From Saccostrea echinata (taxonomy: Eukaryota), in the NCBI RefSeq assembly GCF_033153115.1, contig NW_026889752.1:4154001-4218000 (forward strand): 64,000 nucleotides of DNA, given 5' to 3'. Below the pieces are notes generated by a model. It was not told the DNA's origin, did not search any database, and saw only the letters and a list, made by a program, of their open reading frames with translations. Every line of letters begins with the position of its first letter. The stretch's first letter is position 1. The translations under genes and the position numbers were made by a program. This document shows, piece after piece, positions 34,301 through 45,419 of this stretch.

Positions 34301-36118
34301 TGTATCATACCCAAAGGGGCCTTAGGGGGCAGGAGAGAGGACAATAAACATGTTATCATTAAACCTTCACTCAATTAAAGTACAGGCTCTATCAGAGAAT
34401 TTCATGATTATGCAAGGTGGATACAGGTTTGAAAATGACCCTATAGCCCGAACCTCCTTGATTTCCTTTATAATCTTTACTGAACCAATGAGCAGACACA
34501 GAATATATATCTGAAATGTGTCTTTGATCCCATCTTAATTAATCTGAACCCATTTGATATCCCGACAACCAAAACAGTAGCTAGCCTTGATAGAATTTGA
34601 GTTATCAAAAATATGGGGAATCCTATCTACCCTAACTGGTGAACAATTGTGTTTTTAAATTGCGATACCCTTCTATTATTGATCTGGTGGAGGCCGAAAT
34701 TGTCCTCCTTGTCAAGCCCTACAAGAGAAGTGATATCCTGATAGGTGAGGATGCTGCTGGCTCAAATCTGACTGTATTGTGGATCTGGACAATGTACAAT
34801 TCAACTTAGGGTGCCCATGCCCCCATTTTAAATAGCTGAATTGCTCATTGTAATACTTCCATCCAACTGATATTTAAGTCTCAAATATATTAAGTCATCA
34901 TTCATGCATTCATTTTTACCTACCTAGAGTTTTGCCACTACATGTGACAACAGTAAATATGTTGTATAATAATACACATCTACTTCATGTTTTATTCATA
35001 TGCATTTTATAGTGCATTATTGTAATACATTTTAAAGCACAACAACTTGCTCTGCATGTATTTTACTTTACATGATTTTATATCACAATTAATTACTGCA
35101 TTTGTATACAAATGTATCTTTTCCATGCCTCTCGGGGAGGGGGGGGGGGGGGGGGGGCTTGATTGGAAATAAACTATTATCTATATATACACTTTAAAAA
35201 TACAGTACTTCCCTTTTTGAATTCAGCTATATAACATTTGGATGCACTGCAATAGATTTACTGTATTTTAATTAATTTTCAATCTGTATTTATTTACTTA
35301 CTGCTTTAATTAAAGGTACAGGATAGCACTATCCTTGTACAATAACTTTTTTTTGTCACTAAATGTTTTCAAGTATTAAATTGATAAATTTATATAACAA
35401 ATCTATGTTACAGAAGCCACTGTGAGAATAATATGGATATTCCTCTAAATATTGTGGTCAAGGGACATAAGTATCTAAATATCCGATACGTTTTTGACCT
35501 TGAAGAAGCCGAATAAATTTGAAGTTTAATTATCTTCATTTTCACGCTGGCTCTCTTTTTAAGATAATTCAACTAAATAACATTTTCTTTATTCAAAATC
35601 TGTTGCTGAAATTGGTTATTGCCATTGTTATCCCATGTAACATGTGCCAGTACAATGGAAGGACGGTGTGTCAAATCGATCCGTTTCCATCCAATCAAAT
35701 ATTCGCCATCGAGCGATATAAATGTCAATAAAATAATTAATGATATTTATTTTGACTGAAAATTAACTTTAAAATACAGAAATTGTGATTAACTATTTCA
35801 AAATACAAAAATTAAATCGGATACTTTCATCACCCACCTTTCACTTTCATTGATGCATAAAAAGGGGAGATAACCCGGAAACATAGTGACTAAGTACCGA
35901 CACTGTATGGGTGGATAACAAAATTCCGACTTTACTCAATCATCAGTTTCTCGCAAAATAAGAGGCGAATGATGACATTAATAACAGGGTAGAGCTTTGA
36001 TAATGACGCATATTGTGAGACGAGCTCAAATATGCGGTAATATATTTAAAATCCTGTCCCAATCTTGAAATAAATTCCATATTCATCTAGAAAACATTGA
36101 ATATCCTCTATATATTTT

Positions 36119-38900
36119 ATACAATGAAAAATGTATTTGTAAGCAAATAAGATATTATTCGCAGATATGTGAAAGGTCATCAACTTGGATGCGATGCGAC
36201 GCCTATTTTACGATTTTAGTCATGTTTTTTTCCGCACATTCCCTAGTCAAGTGATTCTGCCGTATATTTGTGTGCAAATTCATTGAAGAGTAATAGAAGG
36301 GTCTAAACATTTCGATATATTGTAAGTGCATATCCTCAATAATCATGACAAGCTTTAACACATAAACTCAACGCAGCACAGTTAAGGTGCCAAATGGAAA
36401 TATCGGCGATTTTTTTTAGATAGAAAATACATTCTTTACAAGGCTGGGCATTTCTTTTTAGGACTTCACAATTATCGGACAAATGCAATGTGGTTGAAAA
36501 CTAAATGTTGAGGACGATTAGATTTCTTATTAAGACTTGTCACGTGATGTGGCAGTCACGTGATTTTAGCAAATGTACCTGAAGTATTGAGGTCATCTAT
36601 AAATTCTAATATTGCAAGGGCATAACCAAGTTAAAAATCTAAGTTTAACATATAATTATTTTCAACACTCTTTGTAGTTTTTGAAAAGTGCTGCGAACCT
36701 ATATAGATTCAACTATCTAACTGCTAAAATTACATTTGTTAGACCGTATGTTGAATATTTTGCTGGTCAAGTACATTAAATATAGATATAATTAAGTCAT
36801 TTGCAAGATTTCAACAGGTTCGCAGCACTTTTCAAATATCTTCATACTTCTTGAGTTTATGTGTAAAAGCTTGTCATAATTCATTGAGGGTATGCCCTTG
36901 CAATATATCGATTTATTACGACCCTTCTATTACCCTTCAATGAATCTGCATACAAATATACGACAGTATCGCTTGTCTATGGAATGTACGGGAAGTATAT
37001 GAATAAAATCATAAAACAGACATCGCATCCAAGTTAATGGCCTCTTATATATCTACAAGTTATATTTTATTTAATTACAAAATACATTTTTCATTGTACA
37101 AATATAACTTGATCCGCCTCTCACTGCATACAAACTGCGTCAAATTTTCCGATATGACGTCACATTGACAAGTGCATTGCAATCAGTGAATTGTTTATAT
37201 ATTGCTGTGTGGGATTTAACCAACAACAATAATGCATGCACTAGTTAGTATTGATGTAGTTTAAAGCTATTCATAAGTTTAAAATAGCAAATCATTTCAT
37301 TTTGTGGTAATTTGAAGAACTTATATTTTTGTGTGATGTCATAGTAAGCATTTCCCTTATAAATTAGGCCCCGCCTCCTTACTGCAGCCTTAACTGTGCT
37401 GCGAAGAAGAATTAAGATTTTTTTAAAGTGCTAGGACGCAGCTCTGTTAAGGCTGCATAATGGGGACGGGGCCTAAATTATACGGGAAATGCTTACTGTG
37501 ACATCACACAAAAATAGCAATTCCTCACAATAACAGAAAATGAAATAATTTGCGATTTTAAGCTGCATATGAATAATGAACTACATCAAAACTTGCCACT
37601 GCATTCATTTTTATCTCTAGTTAAATCCCAAACAACAAGATAAAAACAAGTCACTGAATGCAATGCACTTGTCAACATGACGTCATCATGGTAAATTTTG
37701 ACGCATTTTATGTACAGTGAGAGGCGGATCAAGTATTTTTTTCACAGTGAAAAATGCATTTAATTATTAAAGAGAATATTATTTGCAAATGTTAGGTAGA
37801 CCATTAATACAAATCTGAAACCTTTGTTTAGTGCTATCATTTAAAAACTATCGAGAAAATGTATTGAATTAATTTTACAGTGTTTTTTGTACAGGGTTTG
37901 CATGTTTCACACCGAGGTGCCTCATTAAATCGCGTTTTCGCAAGGGCATACACTTAATTGATCTTGACCATTTTTTAAAATATACATAACGGAAACATTC
38001 CTTAACTTGAAAAGTGCTGCTGCTTTCCTGAAATCGAGAGCATAACTTAATAGATACATAAAATACTTGGTAAAGGTCACACATATTTCGACTAGAGATA
38101 AATAACTTGAAATTTAAACTAATAAAATCTGAATTCTATTTAAAGCAGCAGCACTTTCCATAAACTACAAGATATGTGGAAACAATTTATTGCTTATTTT
38201 TTTAATTTGAACTAGGGCATGCCCATGCGATATTAAAAGTTGTTCATGACCTACATACAGTACATATCACATATATTGATCACGTGACTGTGAAATAAGG
38301 TGACCAAACCAAATTCAGTATAGAGCGGGATATATATATTTTTTTCAATTAATAGTACTAGTAAGTCATGTGATAATAAAGTAGCTTTACAAAAATAAAT
38401 TTTGTTTAAAAAGGTATGTATTTATGCACGTTCATATTCCGCGGATTTCTTCGTAGTATGCCTTAACATTGCTGCGGAACCTAATGAAATCTTTCAAATG
38501 AATTCATTATTTCTATATTTAATGACGTTGACAACCAAAATATTCAACACGCGGTCTAACAAATGTAATTTTAGCAATAAAATATTAGATCTATATAGGT
38601 TTGCAGCACGGAAGGTTTTGAAAACATTTATAAATTAGTGGAACTTCAGTTTTTAACTTGGTTATGCCCTTGCAATATTAGAATTTAAAGATGACCAATA
38701 CTTCAAGTATTTTTGCTAAAATCACGGAAATGCCACATCAAGTGACAAGTCTAAATGGAAAATCTAATCATCCGCAGCATGTTTTTAACCTTATTACTTT
38801 TATCCGGTACTAGTAAAATACTAAAAAGTACCCCTATCCTTGTAACGAATGTAATTTTTATCTTTAAAATATTTCCATTGCGCACATTTACTACGCTGCT
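36119..38900. repeat. Cluster of interlocking inverted repeats from one non-autonomous DNA transposon family (TTAA-GG ends, Kolobok-like)
   Basis: ~36119-36371 mirrors ~36850-37099, ~37085-37403 mirrors ~37437-37760, and ~36375-36770 mirrors ~38528-38900. Related pieces occur at ~17050-17460, ~25440-26330 and ~29763-30050. Confidence 0.7.
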
Positions 38901-39497
38901 GTTATCTCATGCATAGTTCTGATCTTCCGACGTATTTGGCTCATACATTATACATACCTCTGATACTTGGACACATTTGGCTCCAGTCTTTGGCACCCTT
39001 TTTTCGGCTCTTCAAAGTTTTTTAATTCAAATATTTCGGATTTCCAACGTTTTGGCATGAGTATCACTGAAGAGATAATTTGTCGAAATGCGCATCTGGT
39101 GCATCAAAATTGGTACTGTATAAGATTTACATAATCACCCTGGGGTTGAGGCCTCTGCTGGTGGACTGTTGGTCCCCGAAGGTCTCTACAATCCAGTAGC
39201 TCAGTACTTCGGTACTAGGTTAAAATTACGGATATATGTTTAATTGCTGTGGTAAAATTTAGAAATTTATTTCAAAATTAATGATTATCTCCCTCATGCA
39301 TAACTCTGATCCTTCGACGTATTTGGCCCCAGTCTTTGGCACCTCTTTTTTTCAGCTCTTCAAAGTTTTTTTTATTTTTATTTAAATATTTCGGATTTTT
39401 AATGTTTCGGCATGTGCATCATTGAAGAGACATAAAATGTAATTTGTCGAAAAGCGCATCTGTTGCATCAAAATTGGTACCGTATAAGATTTACATT
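38901..39497 (+). mobile_element. Penelope-like pseudo-LTR tandem (A-B-A direct repeat) carrying hammerhead motifs
   Basis: ~38906-39132 is repeated at ~39293-39497, and each copy contains a hammerhead-like core. Confidence 0.7.
39060..39117 (+). ncRNA. Type I hammerhead ribozyme motif (degenerate second copy ~39415-39481)
   Basis: AGTATCA-CTGAAGA-GATA att TGTC-GAAA-TGCGC atctg GTGCA-TC-aaaat-TGGTACT. Confidence 0.75.
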
Positions 39498-40248
39498 CGG
39501 AGCGTTATTTACTTTAGTTAATGTTAATCATATAACTCTTAACCTTTTTCTGCAACATATCTAAGAAAAATCATTAGAACTTTTACGAAAGTATTTCTAC
39601 ATAAATGTATTAATTTTGTGATTGATATGCCAAAATATTCACAATGTAAATAAACGGCTAGAATAGTTCTATTTTAATTATGATCTACATCTACAGAACA
39701 AAATACCAAAGATGGATACAAGCAATAATTTTAAAAAATAAAAACAAATAATAATGAGTTGTATGTCAATCTAAAATCATTCATCGAAAAAATTAACCTC
39801 TCATAGCCATATGTACAATTATGAAAAAGGGTTTAATATAAAAATAATCAAATAACCTTTAAGTATAATATATTAATCTTCGTATATTTCTAATACCTTA
39901 TAATATACTAAGTTATCTTAATATATATCTTAAAATCTTAACCTTTAGAAGTGTTTAGAAACTGTTTGCAACGGCATATTTTGACAAATATCACTTAATA
40001 AAATTTAATTTTGCTTACACATGTAAATGTTATATTGCATAGAATCTTTTGCTATTAATGAGCTTGGGAAGTGTACATAAAAATAACTGTTTATTAGTAC
40101 CTGTTACAGAAGAATCCAAGGAAAGAATTCAACTGTTTTATGTTTTTACTTATATATAGACAATACACTAGTTTTAAATTTAAAAAAATAACAAGTTCAA
40201 ACAAAATTGTTTCAGACTTTCTATTTCAGACTTCTTATTTTTCAGACT

Positions 40249-42927
40249 TTATTTTTCTAGTACAGACACGGGTGGTTCACCGAGTGGTGCTTCTACTGCT
40301 AATGAAACCACCTTCCAAAACATTGATTCTTTGGTACCACCTTCGTGCCAAGTTACAACGGATCTTTTTTTAAGAGTTCTGTGAACAGACGAAATCATGT
40401 TCTTGCTATTGATGCTTTTGTATAACAAAAACACGACAGTAGAATCTCCACGTTGTCTTATTCTTTCTTCCACAAGATTGTTTTGCCAAAGGCACCACTC
40501 ATTCTTCACAAATTCATTTGATAACACCACTACTATTTTCCTACTATCTTTGAAAGCATTTTCTATTTCACTGCATCTCTCGACACCAACTTCAAATTCT
40601 CGATCAGGAATACACAATCTTATCCCTTTTGCTTCCAGTCGTCGGACAAGCTTTCGCAAAACCCACTTCTCATCTGCTTCACAATATACAACATATGCAT
40701 CATATTTAAATTCTTGTTCATTTAAAAGTTTCACATATCCCCTTTTTCTCAATCGGCAATAATAAATAACATTTTTGATAGTTGGCAAATGCACAGAAAT
40801 CAGAATAGAAACAATTAAAAGAAAAAATGCTGATGTGGAAGTTGCTATAAGGATAATAATCCATGGGTTTTTCTCTTTACAATCATCCTCGGTAAGATTG
40901 AGATTCAGGATAGTCTTCTGATACAAATTCTTAGGTGTCTGACAAGTATACCTGTATGGAAAACTGAGAAGCGTCACATTTGTCTTTTGACACCAATTCT
41001 TAAACCAGATCATATCACATCCGCAATCAAAAGGGTTGATAGCAAGCGTTAGAGTGTGGAGATTGTCCATTAGTTCTAATGGTATAGATGTTTTGTTTAA
41101 AATAGCAATCTTATTCTGATCTAGACGTAATTCAACTAGATTTGAAAGGTTTTTAAATACGGTAGGTTTCCAACTACTAAGTTTATTTCTCGTCAAAGAA
41201 AGAATCTTTAATTTCTTTAACGATTTAAATGTGTCCACGTGGATTGAGTTCATTCTATTTTCTTGTAGGGACAATTTCTCTAATCTTTGCAAAGGTTTGA
41301 GCAACAAATGACCAAGAGATCCAGTAGGAAAATGATTCCCACTAAGATCTAAACTAGTGACATTTGTGCACAAGGCAAACATATTTTCGGAAGCATTTGT
41401 AAATTTGAAGTCATTGCTAACGAACTTCAGGGTGAGAAGACTAGATATATTAAATGCATAAGTAGAAATCTTTTTCAGACACTTAACATTTCTAATTTTT
41501 AACCATGTGAGAGACCTTAGTGAACTAAAAATATTATCATTGAGTTCTTCTAATTTCGTATGACTCAAATCTAGTTTTCTCAACGAGGGAAGGCAAGTAA
41601 AATCGTTTTTGAAAATGTTTTTAATGTCTGTATTTGACAGAATTAGTTCTTGTAAATTTGGATTGGTGCTCTTATTTACTTCGTTGCAAAATAATGGAAT
41701 TTCTTCAAAGCTGTTTTCCCTGAGGTCTAATTTTTTCAACATTGGCAAGCACTGGAAACGATAACCTTTTAAAATTATTATTTTAGTACGATTCAGAGAA
41801 AGTGATGTTAGATTGGGAGTTAAACTATGCTGTTTTACTCCACAAAATGTGGGAATATCTCTCAAAGGATTATCACTCAAGTCTATAATTCGAAGAGAGA
41901 ACAGACACATCAGAGATTCCTTTTGTAATGTTGATATAGATGTGGACTTAAGATACAACTCTTCTAGTTCAGGAACACTGCTTTTTCCAGATGAATTGCA
42001 GAAATGTGGAACATGAGTAATTTTATTATTTCTGCTCAGATTCAACACCTTAAGCTTGGGTAAACACTTCAAACGTTCAACTGAAATTTCGTTGTCTATA
42101 CTGGTATTTTCTAGCAACAATATTTCCAATTTATTACCACTATTCTCGGGACTTAAACAAAATCCAGGAAAGTCACCCAGTTCTGTATCTCCTACGTCCA
42201 ACTTTTGAAGCTCTGGGAAGCAATGAAATATAGATGGCATGATTACTCTCAATTTTGTTGATTGTAGCGTTAGACACTTCAAAGAAGGGAAAAAGTTCAT
42301 TTGCCCTTTGCAAAAAGCTTTCATGTCTTTGAAACTAGACCGCGATAAATCTAATGCAGTCAAATTAAGATCCTTAAGAACATTTGCTGATAATTTCACC
42401 AGTTGGTTACCTGCTAGTACTACCGTACTTAAGTTAGTACGTGACACATATCTGAATAAATCTGGTACAATGATTTTCCAACTGTTTGAAGTTAGATTCA
42501 GAATCTGTAAAGATTTCGAAATGTTTATGAGTGAATCTCTCAAGATTCCAGATGTGAGTTTCGTATTAAAAGATATTTCCACTTCTTCCAATTTTTTGAG
42601 ATTTTGAAAGATTCCACTTTGCATGAAATGAATATCTAAATTTTCAAGGATTATTTTTCTTAAAGGTAAAGTCGTAAAATTTTGCAGATCATTTGCAGAA
42701 ATGTTCTGACGAATGAAATAGTGGACTTTAACTTCTCTTATATAATTGGGAAGTCTTGGAAAATACGTCAGCGTTTGATTCTTCTGTTTGACATGGCCAC
42801 AAACCGCTGTGAGTTTTATGTCGTCACACAAACACATCTCGTGAGCACAGAATGTTACAGCTGAGGATGCAGTTTCGAACAGGGAATGCAAAAGAAAATA
42901 ACACAGAAAAAAGTCAAGTGGTCTCAT
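40249..42927 (-). CDS. Toll-like receptor (single cysteine cluster type), 892 aa, intact; diverged paralog TLR-3 of cluster
   Basis: Same signal-LRRNT-LRR-LRRCT-TM-TIR layout, collinear with TLR-1. The TIR is highly similar and the ectodomain is clearly diverged. Confidence 0.97.
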   Translation of the reverse strand: MRPLDFFLCYFLLHSLFETASSAVTFCAHEMCLCDDIKLTAVCGHVKQKNQTLTYFPRLPNYIREVKVHYFIRQNISANDLQNFTTLPLRKIILENLDIHFMQSGIFQNLKKLEEVEISFNTKLTSGILRDSLINISKSLQILNLTSNSWKIIVPDLFRYVSRTNLSTVVLAGNQLVKLSANVLKDLNLTALDLSRSSFKDMKAFCKGQMNFFPSLKCLTLQSTKLRVIMPSIFHCFPELQKLDVGDTELGDFPGFCLSPENSGNKLEILLLENTSIDNEISVERLKCLPKLKVLNLSRNNKITHVPHFCNSSGKSSVPELEELYLKSTSISTLQKESLMCLFSLRIIDLSDNPLRDIPTFCGVKQHSLTPNLTSLSLNRTKIIILKGYRFQCLPMLKKLDLRENSFEEIPLFCNEVNKSTNPNLQELILSNTDIKNIFKNDFTCLPSLRKLDLSHTKLEELNDNIFSSLRSLTWLKIRNVKCLKKISTYAFNISSLLTLKFVSNDFKFTNASENMFALCTNVTSLDLSGNHFPTGSLGHLLLKPLQRLEKLSLQENRMNSIHVDTFKSLKKLKILSLTRNKLSSWKPTVFKNLSNLVELRLDQNKIAILNKTSIPLELMDNLHTLTLAINPFDCGCDMIWFKNWCQKTNVTLLSFPYRYTCQTPKNLYQKTILNLNLTEDDCKEKNPWIIILIATSTSAFFLLIVSILISVHLPTIKNVIYYCRLRKRGYVKLLNEQEFKYDAYVVYCEADEKWVLRKLVRRLEAKGIRLCIPDREFEVGVERCSEIENAFKDSRKIVVVLSNEFVKNEWCLWQNNLVEERIRQRGDSTVVFLLYKSINSKNMISSVHRTLKKRSVVTWHEGGTKESMFWKVVSLAVEAPLGEPPVSVLEK

Positions 42928-44145
42928 TTTTGATTCATGTGCCTGAAATACAAAAAAAATTCTGACATTTTTCTAAAAGTTAGAGTATCTTGTATTTATA
43001 TATCAGTAAGTAATTTTTTATGATAGAAACCATCATGCATTATATTAAAATTTATAAATCTGGATTTTTTTTTCGATAAAATTGTAGTGCACGTTTTATA
43101 TAATACTTTGCACTACAATATATCTTTGACTCAAATTCTTACCTCTGCTAATTTTCATAGTAAAATTGACAAACATTAATGATTTGTCCTGTGAAGATCT
43201 CCACTCTTATATAGGTGTTGTTAGAAAAAACATTTTATGTTTTGAATTCAAACGAAAGACAAATACTAATTTAACTTATTTGATGGAAATATTTTTTGCA
43301 AAGTGACCGTACATGTTTTTTGCAGATATAGCTATTAGGTCATTATCTTTAACAAAATAAATGCCTATATGGCATAAGTCCATAATATACATACCATTTA
43401 GATCACCTTAAGGAGATCCTTGATAAAAGTATTAAATTTCCGCATATCTAATGCATGTTCATCCTTAACACTCTCGTATTCAAGAACACCCTTGTAAGAT
43501 AATTGCTTGTTCTAATTTGCAAAGGACCTATAAATGCATTAAAGTTATCCTTTAAGAGACCTTTACACACAATCTAATATACATAAAGACTTAAAAGAAT
43601 ACTTCCCTATTCCCATACAGAAATACAAAACTATAATCGTTTCAATTTAGAGTTAAGTGTTTACATAAAACTATTTCCCCGTTTGTAGTCTTGTGGTCAC
43701 AAAAGGACACAATCGTTTCTTAATAATTATTTATCAGTTCCTGCAAGATTATAATTATTTTCAGACAAGTACTTGTAGATTATGTTTTCTGTCGCTTATT
43801 ACAAAGCACATAATAATTCTGTACCAATCAATTTAAAATCGTCAATAGAAATAGAAGATCGTTGTTTTCTATGCCATAATTTGTCAGTGTCATTTGGTGT
43901 TCATAGTTACAAGCAGAGCAAATAATTGGATATTATAACAATTAAGGAAAGTAATTAATTAATGATTATGGTTGGTGTAACACTTAAAAACCAATATTCA
44001 ATTTTCTGTCATTTTGATATTCTACTCTAAAATTCTAAATTCGAATTTTAACTTATTCCGTATTTTGAAACAAAGTAACATGATTTTATTCGAAAAAGTA
44101 CTGCAATAACAGTTCGGGGCCGTGGGTTTTTATAAACAAATTAAT

Positions 44146-44417
44146 AAGGCCATCTTTAAAAAAATGTTTGGTTGCCCTCTTCCGACGCAGGATAAAACAA
44201 AATGGGTAGGTAGGTAGTGTGATTTTTTTTTAATTCAAAAAAACCCCTTGCATATAAAAAGTTTAATAGTTATTAGTGGGATAAAAAATAATTCGGAAAA
44301 TTTTTAAAAAGAAAAAAAAAGAAAATTGTTCTGAAGGTTAAAAATAGTTTTTTAGTCAAGTCGTTTTAGTCAGTTGGTCGGGAGGGGGTAAGCAAATATT
44401 TTTTTAAAGAGAGTCTA
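44146..44417. mobile_element. MITE with ~40-bp imperfect TIRs upstream of TLR-3
   Basis: CTTTAAAAAAATGTTTGGTTGCCCTCTTCCGAC is mirrored by GTCGGGAGGGGGTAAGCAAATATTTTTTTAAAG. Confidence 0.6.
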
Positions 44418-44775
44418 ATCATCTACTTTTGTATGACGTCATGCAATTTAGGTTAAATCTTCAAAAATCTTTGATGATTAAAAAATAAATAAATAAATTT
44501 CTATAATTTTACAAATGAAGAATATTGAACTAAGAGTTCAAATTTTAAAATGTGAAACAGGTTTCCTTTTCCTAAGAAATCTGAACTGTGGATTGATACA
44601 TGGAGCAATTATAGAAAATCATCAATAACAGAAGTCGTCCGCTAAATATTATAGTCTGAGAAAAGTGCAAGTCAGTCTGCATCATTTATAATCTCTTGTT
44701 TTCTAACCTCAGCTTCCACCAATTTACATTAAAAGAAATATGACTCATATTTGATCGAATGCATGGACTCATTGA

Positions 44776-45275
44776 TGTGAAGTTATGCTTTATTCGCAGA
44801 CCTCTCGGAAGAGGGTAAAAAACTACAAACAAATAACACACATTTAGACACAATCAATGCATAAGTTTCACAATAAATTGTACTGACAATAAGACTTGTT
44901 ATTACCTGAAGTTATCAATTATTAACATGCTTTATGAAGAGAAAATGACACAATACAGTGTACCGATATGATATGAATATATATAAAATGACCTAAATTG
45001 TCCGCCATATTAAGTGAACCAGTTACAAAAAATAGCAGATAAAAATGTAGAATTATGCAAAACATACATAATGTTCACCAATGACATTTGGCGTATACGA
45101 TATTTAAACGTTTATAAATCAATTTATGATTACAAATTAAATAAAGCAACAAAACTTACACCATGAGAGGACAAGACAAGCAAAATATCTGTAAACACAT
45201 GTATTGTTGACTTGGGCGGAAACAAACACTTAAAAATAAAATCAAAACCGGGGACGGATAATTCCGGACACTACA
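44776..45275 (-). repeat. 3' LTR of the BEL/Pao element
   Basis: Direct repeat of 51399-51898, preceded on the minus strand by the PPT at 45276-45285. Confidence 0.97.
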
Positions 45276-45419
45276 CTCCCCCTCTGATTTCTACTAGAAA
45301 TCACTATTTTTAAAACAAATTCAACTGAAAAATACAATGTACTCATATCTAGTTTACATTACAATCTTAAACATACAAACACTTAACCTTAAGTGCATGA
45401 TCAAAACCAATGATGTTCA

